Below, one piece after another: positions 52,955-64,000 of a stretch of 64,000 nt of DNA. The stretch's first letter is position 1; each line of letters opens with the position of its first letter. Location of the stretch: assembly GCA_050084985.1 (NCBI GenBank), contig JBITNC010000001.1, positions 121,148,001 through 121,212,000 of the forward strand, read 5' to 3'. A model generated the notes under the pieces. The model was not told the origin of the DNA and did not search any database. It worked only from the letters and a program-made list of their open reading frames with translations. The position numbers were made by a program, and so were the translations under genes. This DNA is from Nageia nagi (Eukaryota; Plantae; Pinophyta).

Positions 52955-53362
52955 ATCTTTGACACTAGATCTAAATGATGTGAAAAAAAGGGTGTCTTTC
53001 CATTACACAAGGCATATGGTTTCATATAGATAGCTGTCTTCTATGTACCTGATTGTACAATCAGCTGAGGATGATCTTTAAGATTTGATTTTTTGGGAGA
53101 GAACAACTCTTACTCTCTTTGAACATTGCTTACAATACTCGAATTATTTTCTTTTAAAAAATAATTTGCTTTAGCTTTATAATATTCATCCCTTGGACTA
53201 AGCGATTTTGGGTTTTTCTGCCATGCTTAGACAGATATTTGGATAAGATACTTGGTGCCTATTTCAATTATGGAACACCATATACTGGTTCTCACTTGTA
53301 AAATTTCTTTTTTGGTGTTTTTGTAGATGCCAATTTATTTTCCTTTCCTTTCTTTGGTGCAG

Positions 53363-53420
53363 GTTTGAGATCACTTATACCTTGCTTTCTGGAAGCATGT
53401 CTGAATTGGAGTACCTTCAG
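53363..53420 (+). CDS. TERC: TerC exon with an apparent 1-nt deletion
   Basis: Polypyrimidine tract + GCAG|...|GTAAT; reads (G)LRSL[Y]TLLSGSMSELEYLQ only if one T is restored at ~53376 (58 nt seen, 59 needed). Confidence 0.9.
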
Positions 53421-56400
53421 GTAATCTCTGGATCTACGTATACATATTAGTTGTATCTGAAATTTCAGATGATACCAGCGGCCTTGAATACTGCTACTGT
53501 AGTGCTTTGTATATTTGATTATATTCATTTTTTTGTTTCCACTTTTTTAAGTAGTTGATCATTAATGTTTTGGATGTGATTTTTAAATTTGGAGCATGAA
53601 AAATTTAGTCAAACTGGTCAGCTTTCTCTCCAAAATGAAAATAAACCTTTTATGGGTAGCACAATGGTGGCTCTTACCAAATGCCCTCTAAATGAACTTC
53701 CCTAAACAGCCGCTGGTGCAAGAGAAGGGCCCTTCTCAACCAAGAAACGGGAAATTGTAACAACGTGATCAACCTTCATCCATGAAGTATAATCAAGATG
53801 TCCTCACTCAAGAGGAGCAACAATCTTAACATCACCTCAACATCCATCGGAAAATAAAAAAGTCAAAGGAGAAAGATCCAAAGTTATGTTGTCATCACAC
53901 AAATGGAATGTTTATAGCAGTATTCTCCTCACATCTGGAAGAAAATTGATCTGAGTCTTATCATAAGCATCATCACAATGGCATCAAGATCCTTCCCCAT
54001 GAGAATCAGAAGGAATTACAAGGAATATCATTGATTCACTACCACCATGCGAATCCTTAAGATCAACTAAAGTTACATGCACTGGGGTTGTGATAGAGAG
54101 TCCTTGAAGATGAACATTGAGAAATCTCATCACAACAAACCTTATGGCTGGTCTCAGTCATCAACATCATCAATGAAAGAAATCAATGGATCCAAGGAGA
54201 TATCACTGATTCACTATCACCACAAACACGCCTCTTAGCACACATAAGGATTGGAAGTAGGTACTTGGTATAGAAAGTTCTTGTAACCTCAATTCAACAA
54301 GGATCAATAAATGAGTAACCAAAATTAGTTCCAGGATTTGAATTATAGTTCGCAATCATATGACATTTTGAGATGAAGTGTGTGCAATTAAACCCCTTAG
54401 ATATGCAATTAATCAATTTCTCAGAATAAGAATAACTATCACAATCACCAAAACCACTTCTCTTCAATTGCTCTTCAATTTCTTGCAATGCTTTGAAGCA
54501 TTTGCTCAATGTTAGCTACTTAATTATCATAATCGTAGAGACCTATATATACTGAAGGATCTACTCTCTATGATCCGATATCACATATATTTTCTAAATG
54601 CAGAATTCTTTGTATGTAAATATATTTCCAATTATTTCCTCTCTCCTCAACTTCAACTGGTATTAGATTGCAAGCCCAAACCTCAAACCTTAGATGCTTT
54701 TTGCTGCAAATTGAAAATGAAGTTGGCCTAAATTAGAAAAGTGCACATATGGTTATTTCCTACAAGGCTACAATGAACTGGAAATTCTCAACATTGTTCT
54801 CCAATGTCTCTCTAAAAATATTTCAAAAATTCTTCATGATTCGTAAGAGATGATTTCTTTCTCAAACCAGTTTTTTTTTGGCAAAATCTTGGTTTAACCT
54901 GTAAGCTGCTGCAAATCTGGACAAAACATGAGGTGCACCCTTCCAAATACCAATCCTAACTGTTGACCAAAATATATAAGATTTCTTACGCAACAAAAGT
55001 GAGAGGACACAATCATTGGGAAGTGAGGTATGAAGCCAAATCCATCCAAGACTCCTCACTTAACATGGCAGGACACAAGTGCAAGCAATCAAAGCAGGAA
55101 GCTGGATTCGTGTGTCATAGAAGTACTCAATGCCAAATATTCTACCATGTTGAATTTTGAAATGTAATCCCAAATTATATAATATTATAAACCACAATCA
55201 GTGCACACATGTAGCACTATCATAATGACAAGAGCACTTAAAACAAATTAGGATGCCAAGAGCCATTGCAACAATAATGGACTCTATAAACACACACTCA
55301 TATGCGGGGAATAAGAAGAAAATATCAAATATGGACAAGCCTTTTGGGTCAACGTCAAACAGTTTGATAATGAAGGATATGAAGCAAGATATATGATTCG
55401 TATCCACACAATATGCAATGAGGCCCTTTCAAATAGTTACAAAGGTTTTTAAGTGATTTAGCTATGGTAAAGTGATGTGACAGGATAAATTATAAAATAA
55501 TACACATTAGGCAATGTTGAACTACTATGAAGAGCACACTGATAGTCGTCCACTAGAAAATCTTAATAAGAAAATATTACATTCCAACATATACTTAATC
55601 TATTAGCTATCTTCTCTCAAGAATCTATATCTGCCTTACTATGTTGTCTACTTGTTATTAGTTTTTCAAGGAAAGAGGGAAATTACTCTCTTGCTTATCT
55701 TTTCCATTTTAGTTTTCAGAACTAATTGATATGTTGCTTGCATATGGTGTTTTGCTATCTAATTGAAAACATATTTCAGAGACAAGGGACCTATATCGCC
55801 TTTGAAAAGTCTTGTATTATTATTTTTTTGCTTCCCACAAATATGTTCTGAATTTATGATTTATCAGATGTGTGAGGAACTGTAGTGTTGAAAATTAATT
55901 TAACATAAATTGAAGAGAAAACATCCTGTATAAAACTTCAATAAGCAATCCATTCCCTTTCACTTCAAGTTCCAAATAAATCTATTTGTCTGTTTGAAGC
56001 AGTGCATTGACTATTTAGTGACTCATTTTGAATGATATCCAAACATATGACGAAAGTTACAATGTTTTATCAAAGCAAGTAAAATATTGGTATTTTGGCT
56101 CTTTATTCCTCAAATTTCAGATAGGTTTAAGTTTTAACTAGTGGCAGCTTGAAAAATCTAAACATTGTTCAAAACTGGTTTCTATTGTTAATACAGCATG
56201 TGATTCTGTCTCTGTAAGCTTGTGTAGTACAGGCCTTCAAATGTCAGCATATGTCACATATGAACGTAGGTAGTAATTATTGCTGCATTTACATCTGCAT
56301 CACTTAAATTATAATATGATTGATGAAGTAGTAACTAAAAGTTTATGCATCCTTGTTGGCAATAAGGAGAATCACTGTTTGCCAACATGAATTTATTTGT

Positions 56401-56475
56401 CTGTGACTCATCAACTATATGGTGAGTCTCTTGTAGTTTATCTAATCTTACATCTCAGTATCCAAATGTGTGTAG

Positions 56476-56533
56476 CCTTCTGTTGGAGTGGTTTTAGGCT
56501 TCATTGGCTGCAAAATGATAGCAGATTTCTTTG
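56476..56533 (+). CDS. TERC: TerC exon
   Basis: TAG|...|GTGAG, PSVGVVLGFIGCKMIADFF(G), the conserved VLxFIGxKM helix. Confidence 0.94.
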
Positions 56534-56703
56534 GTGAGCTTCACAAGTATCCATATTTTCCAATATTTGAGTTCTAGTGTTCTCTAAATTCTCATATGCT
56601 CAATTTGGGTGTCTATGTCAAAAGTAGAGAATCTAATATATTGGACTGGTAAGGTGTCTGTGATTCCCCTCTTCCGTCAATGTAATTGTGCTTTTTTTTG
56701 TAG

Positions 56704-56804
56704 GTTATCATACACCTACTGAGGTCTCCTTGGGGTTAGTAGCCACAATACTTGGTACAGGAGTTCTGTCAAGCCTATTGACAAAATCAAAAGATGATGC
56801 ATAG
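56704..56804 (+). CDS. TERC: TerC terminal coding exon
   Basis: T-tract + GTAG|, (G)YHTPTEVSLGLVATILGTGVLSSLLTKSKDDA*, TAG at 56802-56804. Confidence 0.94.
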
Positions 56805-57594
56805 CTGCTGGTTACCAGACATGCATATTTGCTTATCGTTTTGTAATAATGCAATTTTTGAGGCATTTATATATGCAGATCGATCAAAATCATCTTATTC
56901 TTAATGATCATTTTCTTGTGGGTTGCTGGAACTTTTCCTGTTCATGAGAAAATCACGTTTGTACACCAAGAGAACATTATGAAATCTAGGAGCCCCAATA
57001 TTGATGTCTACTTTTTATAATCTGAAGGGGATGCATCCACTACCTCAAATAATTTGCAATTTCTTTTTTTAGAGAAAGAAAGCAAATTCTTCTCATGGAG
57101 TTTTATGGTGGTGGTTTTATTATTGAGATGATTGATATCGACAACCAAGAAGAGCAACAATGTCATATGATGAACTTTTAGACATAAACCCCAACTATCT
57201 AATTTGAAATTGTTGAGATGCCAAAGTTTTTCATAGTTGGTCTCTCTAATATGAATGAACCTATCAAGGGCATCTAAAACATTTCATCTATTTACAAAGA
57301 ATATTGGATGCTTTGATTTGCATGATTGAAAGTTTGATCTTCTTAGGTGTGCTGCTTTTTGAGACTTTTAAGGTCATCTTGTAAGTTTTTTTAGTGCTAT
57401 TTTTCTTCTTTGATCATGGTTGAGTTCAACCATGGAATGTATCTGGTAATTACAAGATATCTTTAGAAGGAAACAAGTTGTAAGGTTGGTAACTTGTCTT
57501 CTCAACATGTCATTGATATAACTTTGTTCTGATATGGGCAAAAAACAAATGTTTTTTGATACTCATGTTGATTAGTTATCAGTTACAGTGCTCC

Positions 57595-57781
57595 AAGGAA
57601 TCATAATGAAGGGGTGTCTCTGTGGAAGCTCATACTTGGTTCTTGCGTGGAGATGTGATTTATCTATGAGACTTGATCAAATTGTATATGATGCACTGCT
57701 TCAAAGAACCATAATGAACATACTTGGTTTTTCTAGTAGAGATGTGATTTATCTATGACATAGGATCAAGTTGTATATGAT
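57595..57781. repeat. Imperfect local duplication
   Basis: CATAATGAA..TACTTGGTT..GAGATGTGATTTATCTATGA..GATCAA.TTGTATATGAT occurs twice. Confidence 0.7.
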
Positions 57782-58099
57782 TATTTTTTGGCTATTTTGA
57801 ATTTGAGGTTTTTGTTAACCTCCGCCAATCACAAAGTTTGAATTGTTATGTCCAATTTTCTATCACTAATATGCAAAACAACTATGATGTTTATTATGGT
57901 TTAAATATTTCTAGACGTAGATCACCTGGGAAAGGAGCGTACATATCATTAATTAGTAAAGAAAGCTAAGACAGAATGCATAGGCATTTAATAATACTTG
58001 GTACATGCAATATGTTCATCTGTAAATACTATATGTGCATTTATTAACGAGATAGTAATATATTCTTATTTTACTTCAGCATAAGAGAAAATACATATT

Positions 58100-58920
58100 T
58101 ATTTACTGTATAATCTACTATTTGGGAAATGGAAGATCTGCCCATATTTTGGAGGACACAAGGTTATCAAACTCACCGTTGACAAAGAATGATGAGCTAG
58201 TAAGAAAAAATGAGGAGCTGATAGCTAATTATAAGGATTACGTAAGTGACTAAACTCTACATAACAGAGAGGTAAAATGAGAAATGCTACGAGTTCAGAA
58301 TGAACTTAAAAAATAATTTTGGAGAAGCTCAATGACGAATTGAAAGCATATTGCATAAATCCTTCCATGGAGGAGGATACAATAATATGGGGGTAACAAA
58401 GGATGTTTCTTTTATGGTCATATTTGCCTAGGAATTGGCGCTTATGGGTCTAAGAGGAGGTTTCCAATGGGAAAAAATATGTAAGAAAACCACTCTAAAG
58501 GTACCCTATTTTTTGGTGATTAGTGGTGTAAAATAGTCTTTATAGTAGGAAACCTACATAAGAGATTATTTCAATTCCTCAACATATTATTTATGAAACT
58601 AACATGAAAAGACATTAAATCGTCCATTCTTAAAGTGGAGTTACTCATTGCAAATTTTGAAGGACCTGCTAAAAAGAATGGGGATGTCATGGGTTTTGCC
58701 TCAAACAATGTTAGATTAGATAGAACAATGAGAATAAACATTCAAGAGTTCAAGGCTACATTAGATATGGATTATGATCTCTTCTGTTTTGCATGGGGTT
58801 TATGGTTGTAAAGGAACGAAAGAATTTTCGAAGGGGAAAAGAGCACATACTATCAAGTATATTGGAATTTTTTTAAGTGTTAAAAATAAAGAGTCTCATA
58901 ACCGAAAGGGAAAGTAATAA
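58100..58920 (+). mobile_element. Decayed LINE (L1-like ORF2 3' part)
   Basis: WGLWL*RNERIFEG at ~58794-58835 fits the plant L1 WxIWxxRNxxIF motif; boundaries approximate. Confidence 0.55.
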
Positions 58921-58929
58921 TCAATTCTC

Positions 58930-60398
58930 AATGGGATCTCTATTCAGGGTGTAAAATGTAGTATTCATAGCTTCACCCCATAAGAAATTAGAGAGATTTA
59001 CCAACATGCATTTAGTTATTTCTTAAATGGTTCTATTCTTTCGTTTAGCAACATTGTTTTGTTAAGGGGTGTAAGGGATCATGAATTGTCTTTTGATCTC
59101 GTATTTGGCACAATAATCATTGCATTTATTGCTATTATACTCACCTCTATTGTTAGATCTTAGCATCTTGATTTTGAAGTCAGTTTGATTTTCAACTAAA
59201 GTTTATAAATCTTTGAACCTATCAAAGGTTTGATCTTTGTGCTTGAGTAGATAACCAAATGTCATCTTACTAAAGTCATTAATGAAGATTAAGACATAGA
59301 TGCTCCTCCAAGAGATTTAGTTGAAATGGACCCATCAAATTTGAATGCACAAGTTGAAGAGGTGTTTCTCTTTTTACCTTATTTTTATCAAAATTTTGCC
59401 TATTGATTTGTTTAAGATGCAATTCTCACAAAGATCAATTGTGGGTGATATCGAAGGCAAACCTTCCACAAGTTCTTAATTTTTCATGACTTGAATGCTT
59501 TTGTGGTTAATGTGGCCTAATTGATGATGCCAAAGATTGCCCCTAGACTAAACTTTCATAGCAAGGCATATTTATGTTAGCACTTGATCTATAATGTGGA
59601 GATCATTTTTCACTGATCTTTTTATCAAATAGCAAGTTCTTTCTCAATGCATTAAGAGTGAGTTGAACTCGAATGAGTATCCTTTCGTTGCAACTTGAAT
59701 TATAAAAAGACTATTCATACCTAAGTTTAGGCATATAGAGAACATTTTCAAGAACCTTTCTGTGCAACAACACAATCCCAATCCCTTGGACTTCAAAGAT
59801 TGAATTATCACTTATCAGAATTGCATCTTTTTTATACTCATGAAAATTTTCAAACTTAGCCTTTTCAAAACACATGTGATTCATGCACCCAAAGTCAACA
59901 GTCCAATCTTTCGAGAAAGTGTAAGACTTGGAGTACAAACAAAAACAGATTTATTTTTCTTCTTTCCTTTGAAGTTGTTTTATTTTTCAGTTTCTTTTCC
60001 ACTTTGTTCTTTGTTTTTTTTGTAGCAATTTGATTCCTTGTGATCATAGATCCACATAAATTACAATTGCCATCAAATTTTTATTTAGATTTAGACTCAC
60101 GTGGCCATTTTATTGTTTGTTTCCACCTTTTTTGAAGTCTTTTATCGGAGCATAAGAAGATTTCTTTTGATGTTTGAATTTCTTTTTGAAGTGAATCTTC
60201 GTTGGTCCTAGTGCTACAGAATGCTCTTTAGGAGTGGAGATCAACAACTTTTTATTAAGAGTTTCCTTGTATTTCAAAAGAATCTTTGAAAGATTTTTCA
60301 AGGAATACACTTCTTCATCATCAAGCCTCATCTCAATGATTATCACAAAGTGACTTAATTTAGTATAGAGGCTTTGAAGGATGATGAATACCATAAAT
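58930..60398 (-). mobile_element. Copia fragment (gag-protease-integrase)
   Basis: WTVDFGCMNHM protease motif; integrase similar to 63640-64000. Confidence 0.82.
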
Positions 60399-63300
60399 TG
60401 AAGGAACTAACACTAACAAGATAGTTCTTAAACAATCAAGATCACATGAAAGCTTACAAACACATCTAAATAACTCATAAAGCAATATCACAAAATAACT
60501 TAAGATGTAAGTGGTTCCTCCAATTAGGAGTACATCCATTAACTAGATCTTTCAATCACAAATACAATTCTCTTACAATCCTCTTAATCTCATCTTCTAC
60601 ACTTCTATCCTATAGCATAATTTTACTCCACAATTGGTGTATAATCATAAAGAGGGAGCCTTCTATTTATAGGCCAAAATCCCTATTTGGATCACCTTTT
60701 TATCCAATGTACAAAAGCATGACATGCACATCCTTTTACCTAAGGGGCATGCTCATGACATGCAGTGTAGAACAAGTTACATTATCATATTCACTTAAAC
60801 ACTTAAGGTATTAAATGATACCCTTAAGTATTAGTGAACTTACATAGAAGATTTAATACAAACATTTACAATAATGCATTATACATTCCAACACTCTCTT
60901 AATGCAATATTGGGACAAAGCGAGTAAGAGAAAAGAAAAAGAGAAAGTAAGAGAGTTCTCCAAATAAATACAAAGTAGATGAGAACTTTTTACATATTTG
61001 TGAAGTAAGAAAATTCTAGTTTGAGACTCACTACTTTGCCAAATACAATCATTAACCACAATCGGTTTCAATGTACATGAAGTAGTCATCCAATTGGAAG
61101 TCATGAAGAGTCTCCAAGAGCTTACATACCTGAGGTAAGTAACCTGCAATCTCAAAAGAACTGCAAGTCATAAGCAGCTCAAATAACAAGATCAGTTAGA
61201 TGCAACATATTCATCTCATCAAGGATAGATGAATCACACAAATGCCATCATAAACTGATCAATGGTGCATTATAAGTCATCACGAAGATGCCATGCCAAA
61301 AACTTAGTCACTCGCTGTATATAAAACATGTGTTGATTATCATTACAAAATAGAACATCCACATACGAGTTCCTCACATATGGATAACTGAACAGTGCCA
61401 AAAAACACATAAGAGTTCCTCACACATGGATAATTGAACAGTGCTAGATTGACCAAAATAGAGCATGCACATACGAGTTCCTCATATATGGATAACTAAA
61501 CAATGTCAAAAGACATATAGATTTTTCACACATGGATAACTAAATAGTGCTAGATTGGCCAATTTGTACAAGTTTCTCACGTAGAACGAACTTACCATGA
61601 AGGTGTACAACAAAATCAACACTATATAGCATAAAATCCTCCTAAGGTTGTCATCACAAACATGAATTCAACACAAAAATTCAAACTTCACTCCCCTTTG
61701 AGGGCAACTTCACCAACCTGATAACATCCTTGAGCTTACAAAAGTAAGCTTTCGAAAGGGGCTTGGTGAACAAATCAACGAGTTCAAGGTGGATGGATAA
61801 TACTCCAGGTGTATGATGCCATAAAGAACCTTCTCCTTGATAAAATGAGAATAGATTTCTACATGTTTTGTTCTTTGATGGAACATAGGATTTTAGTCAA
61901 AAAAATAGTCGATTGATTATCTGAAGAGATCAAAGATGAGCCACCTTACTCATGTCCAATTTCTTTCAGAAGATGCCTTAGCTAAATGGCTTCCTAGGCT
62001 GCAATAGACATGGCATGGTATTCAGCTTCTGTGGTGGAAAGAGAAACAATAGGCTGCTTCTTAAAAGCCCAAGAGATAGCACTTGAACCAATGCTAAACA
62101 CATGCAAATGTTGATTTCTTATCATCTTTATCTCTCCCATAGTCAGAATCTGAGAATCCAAAGAGAACAAACAAGGGCAACTTAGAATACTTGAAAGCAA
62201 GATCCTTAGTCCTTGCAACATACCTCAAGATTTGCTTAACATCATTAAGATGCTCAACATATGGTTTTTGCAAATCATGCCATCAGATTCATTACAAAGA
62301 TAATATCTGATCTGGATATAGTCAAATACAAAAAACTACCAATTAATTGCCTGTAAGCTGTAGCATTAGCTAATCGAGAGTTGGAGCTTAGAGAAATAGT
62401 GATTCTAGGAGAGATCGGGATCGTGACATATCTACACTCCATTCCAAATTTTTGCAAGATGTCTGATATATACTTAGATTGATTGAGGTAAGTACAATCC
62501 TTGTATTGACATTTGCATTCCAAGATAGTAATGCAAGAGACCAAGATCAATCATTTCAAATGTTGCCTTAAGTTTGAATATGCACTTTTGAATGATTTCA
62601 TCATTATTCCCAATAATCAAAAGATCATCCACATAAAGAAGAATCAAGACCACGTCTTTTTCTTGATTGAGCACATATAAATCGGAGTCAAAAAAACACT
62701 TAGAGAATCCAATGTCTGCAAAGTACCCTGAAATCTTTCTGTACCAGACTCTAGGTGTTTGCTTAAGTCCATACAATGACTTTTTTAACTTGCATACAAA
62801 GGACTCTTTGTCTTCCACAATAAATCCTTCTGTTGATTCATGAAGATTTTCACATTTAAGTCATCATTGAAAAATGCACTCTTGACACCAAGTTGAAAAA
62901 CTTTCCATCCTTGAGCTGTAGAAAGAGCAAGGATAACTCTCATAATAGGCATCTTTACCACGGGAGCAAAGGTTTCCTCATAATTTACATCGTATTTATG
63001 AGCAATACCTTTAGCTACTAATCTTCCCTTGTATTTTTCAATATCTCTAATGAATTGAACTTAATCTTGTAGATCCACTTATTGCCAATCACATTTTTTT
63101 CATTGGGATATATAAACCAAGTCCCAAGTATTATTTTTCATAAGTGCCTCATACTCCACTTTCATGGCTTCCATCTAGCGTTCATGCTTAGAAGCTTCCT
63201 TGAAGGTTGAAAGTTTATGCTTGTCAATCTTGGTAATTAAAGATTTGTTCAAGGTCATGCTCTTTGTTACCATTTGTGTTGGAGAATTTTGTTCCTTAGG

Positions 63301-64000
63301 TGATTTGTCTACATTAATATCCAACTAGCTAGGAGCAACTAAAGAGTCCTTTGGATCATCAACATCCTTATTAGAAGTAGATTCTCCAAGAAGCTCATTA
63401 AACTTTACATCCATTGAAATGAAAACTACTTTATAGGTTGGAGAGTAGAGCTTGTAGCCTTTATGTTGATTGTCATAACCCACAAAGATGTATTTTTTAG
63501 CTTTTTTGTTCAACTTCTTCTTTTTTTCAAAAATAATGTAGGAGAATACTTCACAACCAAATACCTTAAGGTGAGAAATGTTAGGTTTTCTTCCTGACCA
63601 TGCTTCAAAAGGAGTTTTACTTTGAACGGTTTTTATGGGACACCTATTCAAGGTGTAAATAGTAATGCTCATAGCTTCACCTCACAAGAATTTAGGAAGA
63701 TTACCCAACATGCATCTAGCATCTCTATAATATTCTATTTATTTTTTCAATAACACGTTCTGTAATGAGATATGGAATTGTAAACTACCTCTTATTCCAT
63801 ATAGCACATAGTCATTGAACTCATTGCTGTTATATTTTCCTCTATTATCTGATCTTAACATCTTGATTTTGAGGTAGTTTGATTTTCAACAAAGGCCTTA
63901 AAGATTTTAAAATTCTCAAAGGTTTGATTTTTGTGTTCAAGTAGATATCCAAAGGTCATCTTACTAAAGTCATCAATGAAGGTTAAAACATAAGATGCTC
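60399..64000 (-). mobile_element. Copia element D (3' LTR ~60399-60893, long 3' UTR, RNase H, RT, integrase; continues beyond the window)
   Basis: TPFEAWSG, SLYGLKQ, YVDDL, LSTTEAEY; TG...CCAACA LTR with TATA motif and adjacent degenerate PPT. Confidence 0.85.
61362..61562. repeat. Four-unit (2 x dimer, ~108-bp period) tandem repeat in the copia D 3' UTR
   Basis: CATACGAGTTCCTCACATATGGATAACTGAACAGTG-like units at ~61362, 61408, 61470 and 61514. Confidence 0.85.

Larger units (their letters stand above)
9019..53362 (+). other. 44.3-kb GT-AG intron of TerC
   Basis: Flanking exons join in phase (G|GT) to give the conserved FAILGLRSL motif. Confidence 0.9.

Noticed and set aside
9019-53362. Antisense orientation bias of intronic elements
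   Set aside because: Several are antisense but others are sense; too few to support a claim
53430-56470. Short ORFs in the 3-kb intron (and 9167-9466, 303-719)
   Set aside because: Low complexity, no domains or splice support; chance ORFs in intron or LTR DNA
60385-60398. TGGTAT on the - strand next to an LTR as a PBS (tandem element sharing an LTR)
   Set aside because: It is 5 nt from the LTR and reads as gag codons (FMVFIILQSL); nested insertion is simpler

Overview
Plant nuclear DNA, probably a conifer or other gymnosperm (inferred from intron size and retroelement content). It holds the last six coding exons of a thylakoid TerC-family gene on the + strand (8453-56804). One intron is 44.3 kb (9019-53362) and is filled with nested transposons: an Athila-like Ty3/gypsy element, several Ty1/copia elements, solo LTRs, hAT-type non-autonomous elements and an RT-less LTR element with a repeat-protein ORF. 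The outstanding structure is an 11.4-kb palindrome (12904-24295). It consists of two head-to-head copies of a Galadriel-like chromovirus separated by a 17-nt loop. Each arm has the content of a full minus-strand cDNA (leader-gag-pol-PPT-one LTR), and the fold point and outer ends look like the two halves of the primer-binding site. This suggests a captured snap-back reverse-transcription product, which would be transcribed as a ~5.7-kb hairpin inside the TerC pre-mRNA. All calls are by eye with no database search, and divergence figures are manual approximations.
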